Positions 7,322 through 14,938 of a stretch of 24,000 bases of DNA are shown here, piece after piece. Numbering within the stretch: position 1 is the first letter of the stretch; each line of letters begins with the position of its first letter. A program made the translations under genes and the position numbers. The notes under the pieces were generated by a model. It worked only from the letters and a program-made list of their open reading frames with translations. It was not told where the DNA came from and searched no databases. The stretch comes from an uncultured Eubacteriales bacterium (GTDB taxonomy: Bacteria > Acidobacteriota > Aminicenantia > Aminicenantales > Aminicenantaceae), in NCBI GenBank assembly GCA_964433135.1, contig CAYSQW010000002.1:5300-29299 (forward strand). Direction: 5' to 3'.

Positions 7322-9586
7322 TTAGAGCCAGCGTTTAATCCAGGACCGGATGCCGCCCGACGCTTTCGCGATGATCAGGGAGGTTTGACATCGCTGTGCG
7401 ATGGCGTGCGATACGGAATCGCGCGTAACTTGTCTGAGCAGCGGATCGTGCGTGCCTCCCAACACCACCAAATCATAATCCCTCGATTCTTCGAGGATCG
7501 TTTCCACGACGTTGGTGGAAGCGACCTGTTTTATGGTCATGCGGCCGTTCTCGAGAGATTTAAGAGCTTTTAAAAATTCAGGTGCGGCTTCCCCGCGGGT
7601 TTTTGACTTGGAATCCCTGACTGAAAACAGCACGATTTCGCTTCCATCCTTTTCAGCCAGAATCTTTGCGACGTGGAGAGCGAACACGGTATTGGGCCCT
7701 CCCGCCACCGGGACGAGGATGCGGCGGAAGCGCTTGTTGCCGCAGTCTTTGAGGATAACGACCTGGCAAGGAGCTCTTTCGATAATAACGTCGACCGTGC
7801 TTCCGAGCCTGAATCCGTGCCCATGAGGGCGGCCGTGCCATCCCATGATCAACATATCGATCCGCTTTTCCTTCAGGGCGCTGAGGATGCCGCGGGCGAT
7901 ATTGCGGCAGTATCGAATGGTTGTGGTGAGCGGAAATTTTTGGATCAAATAGAGCATGGCCTCCATGATCCCTTCTTTCCCTTCCATCATGAATTGTTCG
8001 GCATCGGTCAATGGAACCTGATCCGGCACGGGAACCATATGGAGCAGCTGGATTTCGGCTTTTTCCGCTTCGCTGAGGAAATAGGTGGTACGGATCATGG
8101 AAAGCGCATTTTCGGGATTAGCGACGGCGACCATGATCCGGAACTTATCTCCGGCGTCGGATTGGTCCTCTTCTAAAATCTGGATCTCTTCGGCGGTCGT
8201 GATCGCATGTGATTTGGAATATAAATGATAAATGAGGATTCCCGCGATGATCCACAGGGGGGCGACGATCCAGGCAATCAAACTCATGTTGATAAGCCAG
8301 ACGGCCAGGATTCCCTGGCAAAGAATGGCGATGAGCGGCAGCCAGGGGAAAAGCGGCATAATGAATCCGTATGTCAGTTCATCGCTCATATTCCAGCGGA
8401 TTTTGATAACGCTGATATTGACCAGGAAAAACAGGAAGAGAAACATGATGCTGGCGCTCGATGCGACATCCATAGTGGGAAGCAGGACGGCGACGCTTAT
8501 AACGATGATGCCGGTGAATAAGAGCGCAACCCAGGGAGTCTTTCGTTTGGATGAGATGAAGGAGAAAAATTTAGGCAGCATGCGGTCCCGCCCCAAGGCA
8601 TAAGAGGCACGGGTTGCTGAGTAGATCGTGGCATTAAGGGCGGACACCGAGGCGAAGATCACGGCCAGGGTCAGAAAAAAATTACCATAGGGCATCAATA
8701 GAGCGACGGCCTCGCCGAATCCCCGTTCGCGAAAGCTTCCGATCCATTCCCAAGGGGCACCTTCAATCCCGGGAGTGCCCGCTTTAACGGCGATAAGGGC
8801 GGCAAAAGCGACGGCAACGTAGGTAAACGTGGCTATGGATACCGAATAGATCATGGCCTTGGGAAGGTTGCGTTTGGGATCGATCGCTTCATCCCCGGCT
8901 TGGGCGATAACTTCGTAACCCTCAAAAGCCACGTATGTGAATCCCATGGTTATCAGCAGTTTGTTCCAACCGTAGGGAAGATAGGGTGATAAGTTTTGCA
9001 GTCTTGAGGGATCGATGACAGCCACGATGATCCCCATGATCCCGATGAAAACCAGAAACATGGTTTGTCCAAGCGTGAAGATGGCTCCTACTTTACCGGT
9101 CTCCGAAGCGCCGCGATAGTTGATGTAGAGAAAAAAGGCGGCAACCAGCAAGGCGACCGCTTTCTCAGTGAGGTACGTGGATACGGGAACCCAATCCAGC
9201 AAACCCAGTCCTTGAAAATAGCGGACGGCGTATATCGCAAAGGTTACGGCATAGAGGCTTCCCGCGACACTGGAAGCGAACCATTCCATCCATCCGGCCG
9301 TAAAACTTGTCCCGCGTCCGAATGCCAGACGCGCGAAATTGTAGGCGCCCCCGGCCCGCGGGATGGCGGAGCTCAGCTCGGCATAAGAGAGGGCGGTAAA
9401 AAGGGCGATCACTCCATTAAGGGAGAATGTCAGCAGAACCCCCCCCGGTCCCGCCACATATATCGCGTTTCCGATCCCCAGAAACACACCGGCGCCGATC
9501 ATCATTCCCAAACCCATCATAGTGATTTGGAATAGGGATAGTTCCCGAGACAACTCGGATGAAATGGAAGGCTTATCGCTTTTCAT
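7322..9586 (-). CDS. APC-superfamily amino acid permease fused to two C-terminal universal stress protein (Usp) domains
   Basis: 754-aa ORF. The N-terminal ~470 aa are polytopic and carry the APC signature LFQITMMGLGMMIGAGVFLGIGNA. Two Usp-like units follow: FRIMVAVANPENA...MGWHGRP...APCQVVILKD and RRILVPVAGGPNT...DLVVLGGT...CQTSLIIAK. Confidence 0.92.
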   Translation of the reverse strand: MKSDKPSISSELSRELSLFQITMMGLGMMIGAGVFLGIGNAIYVAGPGGVLLTFSLNGVIALFTALSYAELSSAIPRAGGAYNFARLAFGRGTSFTAGWMEWFASSVAGSLYAVTFAIYAVRYFQGLGLLDWVPVSTYLTEKAVALLVAAFFLYINYRGASETGKVGAIFTLGQTMFLVFIGIMGIIVAVIDPSRLQNLSPYLPYGWNKLLITMGFTYVAFEGYEVIAQAGDEAIDPKRNLPKAMIYSVSIATFTYVAVAFAALIAVKAGTPGIEGAPWEWIGSFRERGFGEAVALLMPYGNFFLTLAVIFASVSALNATIYSATRASYALGRDRMLPKFFSFISSKRKTPWVALLFTGIIVISVAVLLPTMDVASSASIMFLFLFFLVNISVIKIRWNMSDELTYGFIMPLFPWLPLIAILCQGILAVWLINMSLIAWIVAPLWIIAGILIYHLYSKSHAITTAEEIQILEEDQSDAGDKFRIMVAVANPENALSMIRTTYFLSEAEKAEIQLLHMVPVPDQVPLTDAEQFMMEGKEGIMEAMLYLIQKFPLTTTIRYCRNIARGILSALKEKRIDMLIMGWHGRPHGHGFRLGSTVDVIIERAPCQVVILKDCGNKRFRRILVPVAGGPNTVFALHVAKILAEKDGSEIVLFSVRDSKSKTRGEAAPEFLKALKSLENGRMTIKQVASTNVVETILEESRDYDLVVLGGTHDPLLRQVTRDSVSHAIAQRCQTSLIIAKASGGIRSWIKRWL

Positions 9587-9734
9587 TCAGTTCTTTAATG
9601 ATGCGGCGAGGCGTGCAGCACTTGTTTTTATGGATAAATTCGATCGTGTTACGGCTCCATTGGATGAGATAAATTATGAAACCCAAAGAAAGCGCAATGA
9701 GAATCGTGCCGAATATTAAATTTTTATCCATCAT
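9573..9734 (-). CDS. candidate 53-aa single-pass membrane protein overlapping the permease start by 14 nt
   Basis: Below the ORF-track size cutoff. My translation is MMDKNLIFGTILIALSLGFIIYLIQWSRNTIEFIHKNKCCTPRRIIKELNEKR*. It has one hydrophobic helix and a basic tail. Its TAA (9573..9575) lies 9 nt inside the permease ORF. A TATAAT on the minus strand at 9772..9777 sits upstream. The SD is weak. Confidence 0.3.
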   Translation of the reverse strand: MMDKNLIFGTILIALSLGFIIYLIQWSRNTIEFIHKNKCCTPRRIIKELNEKR

Positions 9735-9987
9735 GTCTCATCTGGATTGTTTTCTGTCATAAACCTTAATGATTATACATACTCGAATCGATAAAACAAG
9801 ATGGTTAAGAAAATAATGTCACCGGTTTGAAACGGAATCGGGACGATAAGATATCAGCCGACGAGGGCCGGTGTTCCTTTCCCTAGGTATCCGTCAGCAG
9901 AGTGATTTCGGGGCAGGGTTCCAAAAACGATTTTCAGTGGAATAGAAGAAACGGAACCAGGCCGGAGATTTTTTTGCGGAAATGGAA

Positions 9988-9993
9988 TATAAT
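9988..9993 (+). promoter_or_regulatory. TATAAT -10 box 6 nt upstream of the ATG at 10000 (possible leaderless DUF711 transcript)
   Basis: Plus strand reads ggaaatggaaTATAATcgtgccATGAAGATCAGAACC. I could not identify a convincing -35. Confidence 0.3.
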
Positions 9994-9999
9994 CGTGCC

Positions 10000-11136
10000 A
10001 TGAAGATCAGAACCATTACCGTCGGTTTTAATTTGAATCCTGAGACCATGGAAACACGGATCCCCAAGTTGGGAGATTTTCTCAAAAAAGCCCGCGGCGT
10101 TTTTGAAGAGATAGGATACTCTGTTCAAACCGTCCGGATCGCCACCCAACCATGGGGGAAATATTATGTTTCGGAAAGGCGGATGCTGGAGCTGGCCGGG
10201 AAGATGGACCGCTTAACGGAAGCCGTGGGTATCGATTATTTTAACCTCGGTACGACATTCAAGCCGGATCGGATCCCGCTGACTTACGATCTTATTCGGG
10301 AAACCTTCCGGGGTTTTTGTACCGCCACGATCTGTGATGGGGAGAAAATCAATCTGAAAGCGGCGGAGCAAACGGTGAAAGTCATTAAAAAATTATCCTG
10401 TGTCGATCCCGACGGCTTTGCCAATTTAAGATTCGCCGCCTTATTCAACACCGAACCGGGGAGTCCTTTTTATCCGGCCGCTTATCATCGAGGCCGGACT
10501 TCTTTCGCGATCGGCCTGGAGAACAGCGATCTGGTGGGAGATGCTTTTTCAGGCGTTCGCTCGCCCGATGAGGCCTCCCGTAAGCTGAAGCGTATAATGA
10601 CCCGGGCTTACCGAAAGATAGAGAAGATCGCTGAATCCGTCAGTCATGATAGCGGAATACAATATGACGGAATCGATGTATCCGTCGCCAGTTCAGTCAA
10701 TCCTCATGAGAGCATCGCAACCGGATTCGAAAACATGGGGCTTGGAATTTTCGGGGATCCAGGAACCCTGACCGCGGCCAAAGTGGTAACGGACACGCTG
10801 AGGCGAATTCCCGTCAAACGCTGCGGATATTCGGGATTGATGCTGCCGGTTTTGGAGGATGACGGCCTGGCGCGAAGGAATCGTGAAGGGCGTTTCGGAG
10901 TGACCGAACTCTTGCTGTATTCCGCTGTATGCGGAACGGGGCTGGATACCATACCGCTGCCGGGGGATGTTTCGGAAAAGAAGCTCTATGCGCTTCTCTT
11001 GGATATTGCTTCGCTGGCCGTCAAATTAAACAAGCCGCTTTCAGCCAGACTGATGCCGGTGCCGGGAAAAAAAGCCGGCCGGATGACCGCATTTGATTTC
11101 GACTATTTCGTCAATACGCGCATCATGCGTCTATGA
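10000..11136 (+). CDS. DUF711 (UPF0210) family protein
   Basis: The track ORF is 9982..11136. I prefer the ATG at 10000 because it gives MKIRTITVGFNL..., the N-terminus I recall for this family, and because TATAAT lies inside the 9982 extension. The rest (GLENSD, GIDVSVA, GYSGLMLPVLED, LLYSAVCGTGLDTIPLPGD) is consistent with the family. Confidence 0.8.
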   Translation: MKIRTITVGFNLNPETMETRIPKLGDFLKKARGVFEEIGYSVQTVRIATQPWGKYYVSERRMLELAGKMDRLTEAVGIDYFNLGTTFKPDRIPLTYDLIRETFRGFCTATICDGEKINLKAAEQTVKVIKKLSCVDPDGFANLRFAALFNTEPGSPFYPAAYHRGRTSFAIGLENSDLVGDAFSGVRSPDEASRKLKRIMTRAYRKIEKIAESVSHDSGIQYDGIDVSVASSVNPHESIATGFENMGLGIFGDPGTLTAAKVVTDTLRRIPVKRCGYSGLMLPVLEDDGLARRNREGRFGVTELLLYSAVCGTGLDTIPLPGDVSEKKLYALLLDIASLAVKLNKPLSARLMPVPGKKAGRMTAFDFDYFVNTRIMRL

Positions 11137-11183
11137 AGGGATTGAAGACAACGATCGAAGCCTTGAAAGAAAGGGGGATGGAT

Positions 11184-12116
11184 TCAGGCGGTATTGATCC
11201 GTTTTATGAAAGAGTCGATGACGATGTCCGCTGCGGCGGGATCCGCACACCCGGTGACGATAACGATGTCCGTTCCGACGGGTTCCACCCGAATGAGGGT
11301 GTTATCCTTATCGTAGAGCAAAAAACCGTTTCCGGCGGGAACGGCGCCGTGATAATCGGAAGATGAAATAAGCGCGTCTTTTACGGAGAGAAAGATAGTC
11401 CGTCTTGTCGTTGCGTCTTTGTAGGGGATGAGATAGATTTCATGACCCGCTGCATATCTCCCTTTTACGGCTTCCTGCAGTTGGAATATATCCTGCTGGG
11501 AAAAGGGATAGCTGTTGAAGAGTCCGAGGTGGCCCCGAAAGTATTTCATTCCGGTCGGCAGCAGATTTTCCCGCGGCAGACGATTTAACAGCACAGGCGG
11601 AATACCTTGCTCCCGCTTTCCGAAGCGGTCCGCGACCGCCTCGGCGAGGTGTCTCAGTCCTGCGAGTGTCTGAGGTTTCTGATCGAATCCCGTAAGCGTG
11701 ATGAAAAATCGATCCTGCCAGAAATTCAAATAGTAATCTTCAAACTGTCCGCCCTGGCCGATGTCCAGCTTTTCACCCGTATCCGAAGCTTGGAAGGAAA
11801 AAATGCCGAAAGCCCCCCGCGCATCCTGCATTTCATAGATTTCCAATGAGATGGAGCTGTCTTCCTGACTTTTATAGTCCTGGATGAGGACGCGCTGAAA
11901 TCCGTATTCATGAAAAATCTCAGCCCCTCCGTTGATGTAGATATATAGATCTTCCCCTTCCCATAAACCGGGATCGCCCTCAGGATTCCATGCGCCGTTC
12001 ATGGTGGATCCGGGAAGCAGTCTGGATAGATCCCGATTCGGAGATGCGGGGCATGTGAGGAGCAGGATCACCGCCCCGCTCAATATCAATATCATTCGCA
12101 ATGATGTGCGTTTCAT
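11184..12116 (-). CDS. secreted lipoprotein of unknown function (resembles the family I recall as DUF6599; unverified)
   Basis: 310-aa ORF with AAGGAG upstream. The signal peptide ends in a lipobox-like LLLTC: MKRTSLRMILILSGAVILLLTC. The motif LYIYINGGAEIFHEYGF...AFGIFSF is characteristic of a conserved uncharacterised family. Confidence 0.7.
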   Translation of the reverse strand: MKRTSLRMILILSGAVILLLTCPASPNRDLSRLLPGSTMNGAWNPEGDPGLWEGEDLYIYINGGAEIFHEYGFQRVLIQDYKSQEDSSISLEIYEMQDARGAFGIFSFQASDTGEKLDIGQGGQFEDYYLNFWQDRFFITLTGFDQKPQTLAGLRHLAEAVADRFGKREQGIPPVLLNRLPRENLLPTGMKYFRGHLGLFNSYPFSQQDIFQLQEAVKGRYAAGHEIYLIPYKDATTRRTIFLSVKDALISSSDYHGAVPAGNGFLLYDKDNTLIRVEPVGTDIVIVTGCADPAAADIVIDSFIKRINTA

Positions 12117-12196
12117 AGGTTGTGGACTCCTTTGACGAATATCGTTTTATTTGAATAAAATGTCCGTCGGAATCATAACTCAGTCAGGTTGAAAGA

Positions 12197-13312
12197 TCAA
12201 TCCGAGGAAATCCCGGAAGCAGGATTCGCTTTCGACGGGACCTCGTGCACAGCCTCAAGAAAACGCACGATCTTGACGCTTCCCGAGGGCATGGGGAAGC
12301 GCCGCATTCCGCCCAGTGTCACCCAGCGGTAGGATGCCCGGGGAAGAGCGGGGCGGTGCTCCAATCGGCAGCTGTAGGCGTGAAGAGTTACGCGGAATTG
12401 GGTGTATGCGTGGACCACCCGTGTGAGATACGTGAAATCACGAAGGTCCAAACCCAGTTCTTCCTTGAGCTCGCGGCGCAAGGCCGTTTCTCGATTTTCT
12501 CCGGATTCGATTTTTCCTCCGGGAAATTCCCAAAGGCCCGCCAGGAGTCCTTTTTCAGGCCTCTTTTGAATCAGAAACCTCGATTGATGAGAGATGACGC
12601 CGATGACCGCCTGGATTTTCGTTGTGCTCTGATGGCGCGAGGGGGGGATGACCTCCTGTTCGCCCGTTTGATACGCTTTGCAGAAATCGATGAGAGGGCA
12701 TCGCAGACAAATAGGATTTTTCGTGCGGCAGACAAGAGCTCCCAATTCCATCATCGCTTGGTTGAAAATACCGGCGCCTCGTGCGGGAATCAGCGCATCG
12801 AGCCAATGTGTCAGATACCGGTCTACGGCCGTGGAGGCCGCGGATTTGATACCATGCTGCCGCATACCGACGCGTCGGACATTGGCGTCGACAACCGGAT
12901 ACGCAAGATCGAATGCCTGACTCAATACGGCGGATGTGGTGTAGGGGCCGAAGCCGGGAAGGCTGCGCAGAAGAGAGGGCTCGCGTGGAATGCGGCCGCC
13001 GTGGACATTGACCATGATCGCGGCGGCGCGGTGGAGATTTTGAGCCCGCTGATAATAACCCAAACCCTGCCAGGCTTTGAGAACCTCCCGGAGTGGTGCC
13101 CGGCTGAGAGACAGGATATCGGGAAAGCGTTTCATCCAAGCTTCGTAGTAGGGAATAACGGTCTGAACCGTGGTTTGCTGCAGCATGATTTCCGAGATCC
13201 ATATCGCATAGGGATCGCGGTTGGTGCGCCAGGGAAGATCTCGAGCGTTTCGACGGTACCATCCCAGCAGTCGAGAGCGAAATTTACGGACGGAGGCATC
13301 AGGGTCTTTCAT
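12197..13312 (-). CDS. mutY: A/G-specific adenine DNA glycosylase with C-terminal NUDIX-like domain
   Basis: 371-aa ORF. Motifs: LLGWYRRNARDLPWR..DPYAIWISEIMLQQTTV, HhH-GPD (LPGFGPYTTSAV) and the Fe-S cluster loop CRTKNPICLRCPLIDFC. The NUDIX-like region contains GLWEFPGGKIESGE. The 407-aa + ORF 12245..13468 is its antisense shadow. Confidence 0.93.
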   Translation of the reverse strand: MKDPDASVRKFRSRLLGWYRRNARDLPWRTNRDPYAIWISEIMLQQTTVQTVIPYYEAWMKRFPDILSLSRAPLREVLKAWQGLGYYQRAQNLHRAAAIMVNVHGGRIPREPSLLRSLPGFGPYTTSAVLSQAFDLAYPVVDANVRRVGMRQHGIKSAASTAVDRYLTHWLDALIPARGAGIFNQAMMELGALVCRTKNPICLRCPLIDFCKAYQTGEQEVIPPSRHQSTTKIQAVIGVISHQSRFLIQKRPEKGLLAGLWEFPGGKIESGENRETALRRELKEELGLDLRDFTYLTRVVHAYTQFRVTLHAYSCRLEHRPALPRASYRWVTLGGMRRFPMPSGSVKIVRFLEAVHEVPSKANPASGISSD

Positions 13313-13445
13313 GTCTTTCAGCCTTTCTATATCACGAGCGAGGGGATGGAAGCAATATGGAAAAAAATCCAGCGACAGGTGGAAGAAACTTGGATATTTT
13401 TTATGGCAAGAAAGGGAAAATATATCCAGGTCACCGTTATAACGA

Positions 13446-13670
13446 TTGATGCGGGTGATAAAATTTAATCCATTAGGGGTTGTTCAAAAGATTTGGGATA
13501 ATCCCAGCAAGAATATCCTCATGACCGGAATCGCCACCACCCGGGAGGAAGTTTACCTGCTGGATCAATATCACGTTCAGAAGTTTTCCTCCGAGGGAGA
13601 TGTCTTCGTCGTGGATCGTGATATCAACCGGATCGTATCTTTCCGGATCCCGCCCGGTAATCCGGGCTGA
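13446..13670 (+). CDS. short ORF with two NHL-repeat-like units; possible gene remnant
   Basis: 74 aa, with TTG at 13446 and ATG at 13449. The sequence ..KFNPLGVVQKIW..ILMTGIATTREEVYLLDQYHVQKFSSEGDVFVVDRDINRIVSF resembles NHL repeats (f.P.Gv...vyv.D..n.rv.kf). A full NHL propeller needs 4-6 units. The frame is closed upstream by TAA at 13440. Confidence 0.25.
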   Translation: MMRVIKFNPLGVVQKIWDNPSKNILMTGIATTREEVYLLDQYHVQKFSSEGDVFVVDRDINRIVSFRIPPGNPG

Positions 13671-13679
13671 GGATAAAAC

Positions 13680-14822
13680 CTATCCGGCTTTCGACCTTTT
13701 CTTTTTTGCTTTCTTTCTTTTCGAGCTCTTGGGCTTTTTCTTTTCGCCGTTTCGGGTTTCTTCGAGCTTTAAGAAAGTCTGCAGGTGTTTTTCTATGGAC
13801 TGAAGATCGATCCCTTCTTTTAATTTCTTTTGTCGATAAAGATCGACATCGGATTCGAACAATAAATCGGAGATCCCTTTGGAGCTGCCCGATTTGAGTC
13901 CGATGGTAATCTCCAACTGCGGGGAATTGGAAAGCCGGTTTTCCTTGGCGAGTTCTTTCAGGATGCGCTGACGGGCGTTTTCAGCTTGGTCCAATTTGGT
14001 ATGGGGAAGTAAAATAATGAATTCATCTCCTCCGATACGAGCCACGATATCGGTTTTTCGAACGCTCCGTTTCAATACCGCCGCCAATGTCTGTAGAACC
14101 TGGTCGCCGGCGGCGTGACCGAAGCTGTCGTTTATGGATTTGAAATCATCGATGTCGATTAGAAGCAGGCTCAAGTCGTAGCCGTACCGTTTGCTGCGGT
14201 CGATATCTTCCTGCAGTTGTTTTTCAAAGCGGCGCCGGTTGAATACGCCGGTTAGCGGATCGATATAGGCAAGATTCTTGAGCGCGCTAAGGTAGTATAC
14301 CTTTTCGATCGCGATCGCCGCATAATTGGCTATGGTGGAGAGCAGTTTCAAGTCGGCGGGAGTGAAAGGCTCATGGTTGAGACGGTTTATCAATTCGATG
14401 ACACCGATCACCTTGTCGCTTTCTTTCAGCGGCACACCTATGATCGATTCCGTTCTGAATCCGGTAAGCATGTCGTATTTATCGCTGAACCGAGGATCCC
14501 CGCGGACATCTTCCACCAATACGGCCTGACCGTTTTCAGCGATCCAGCCGGCGATTCCCTCGCCTTTGGGGACCTGAGTCCCCAAAAGTTTTTCACTGCT
14601 GGGTCCGACAACCAGCTTGAACGTAAGATCTCCCGTTTCATCATCTTTAAGCAGAAGCGACCAATTGAGCGGAGCGAAGGTCTCTCCGATTTTTTCCATG
14701 ACCTGGTTCATGACTTCCTTGATGGTTTTGGCGGCGGAGAGGCCGAGTCCGATATCGGCAAAAAATGAGAGTTTTACGAAATCGTCCAAGCTTTCAAGTT
14801 CCTGTGAACCTTTTTTCGGCAT
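13680..14822 (-). CDS. GAF-GGDEF diguanylate cyclase with a lysine-rich C-terminal tail
   Basis: 380 aa from ATG 14822..14820, with GAGGG 8 nt upstream and its own promoter. GAF region: GEGIAGWIAENGQAVLVEDVRGDPRF. Cyclase region: DPLTGVFNRRRF, I-site RKTD five residues before an intact GGDEF (RIGGDEFIILL). The uninterrupted ORF in the track continues upstream to 15659; see findings. Confidence 0.8.
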   Translation of the reverse strand: MPKKGSQELESLDDFVKLSFFADIGLGLSAAKTIKEVMNQVMEKIGETFAPLNWSLLLKDDETGDLTFKLVVGPSSEKLLGTQVPKGEGIAGWIAENGQAVLVEDVRGDPRFSDKYDMLTGFRTESIIGVPLKESDKVIGVIELINRLNHEPFTPADLKLLSTIANYAAIAIEKVYYLSALKNLAYIDPLTGVFNRRRFEKQLQEDIDRSKRYGYDLSLLLIDIDDFKSINDSFGHAAGDQVLQTLAAVLKRSVRKTDIVARIGGDEFIILLPHTKLDQAENARQRILKELAKENRLSNSPQLEITIGLKSGSSKGISDLLFESDVDLYRQKKLKEGIDLQSIEKHLQTFLKLEETRNGEKKKPKSSKRKKAKKKRSKAG

Positions 14823-14850
14823 GATCGCTACCCTCTTTGAGTTCCTACAG

Positions 14851-14879
14851 TTTATATCACAAGCGAAATGCCAGGTCAA
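14851..14879 (-). promoter_or_regulatory. sigma70-like promoter TTGACC-N17-TGaTATAAA inside the 659-aa ORF, upstream of the GAF-GGDEF start
   Basis: Minus strand reads ccgTTGACCtggcatttcgcttgTGaTATAAActgtaggaactcaaaGAGGGtagcgatcATG. The -35 is 14874..14879, the -10 is 14851..14856 and the SD is 14831..14835. Confidence 0.55.
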
Positions 14880-14938
14880 CGGAACCCGGTCGGGAGAGGC
14901 GGCATGAAGGCTGTTCGAGATCGCCGTGAAGGTGTCCT

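Noticed and set aside
9866-9976. Possible small RNA or terminator upstream of the DUF711 gene: GGCC..GTTCC and GGGTTCC pairing with GGAACC..GGCC, followed by a T7 run (9969..9975)
   Set aside because: The helices are short with large loops, and the stem does not abut the T-run as in intrinsic terminators. No convincing + strand promoter precedes it, and no upstream + strand gene needs termination. The T-run may simply be AT-rich promoter-upstream DNA.
11133-11366. 77-aa + ORF overlapping the DUF711 stop (ATGA), which could have been the small ACT-domain partner often found with DUF711
   Set aside because: The sequence (MKGLKTTIEALKERGMDSGGIDPFYERVDDDVRCGG...) has no ACT-like pattern. It lies antisense to the well-supported C-terminus of the lipoprotein gene.
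12245-13468. 407-aa + strand ORF, the longest ORF in the track without an obvious function
   Set aside because: It lies entirely antisense to mutY, whose HhH and Fe-S motifs are unambiguous. Its sequence is Arg/Gly/Ala-rich with no motifs. The same reasoning rejects 5825..6637 (antisense to glycerate kinase), 16021..16752 (antisense to the HMT domain), 22806..23666 (antisense to argS), 17923..18591, 18912..19508, 7673..8176 and 2591..3148.
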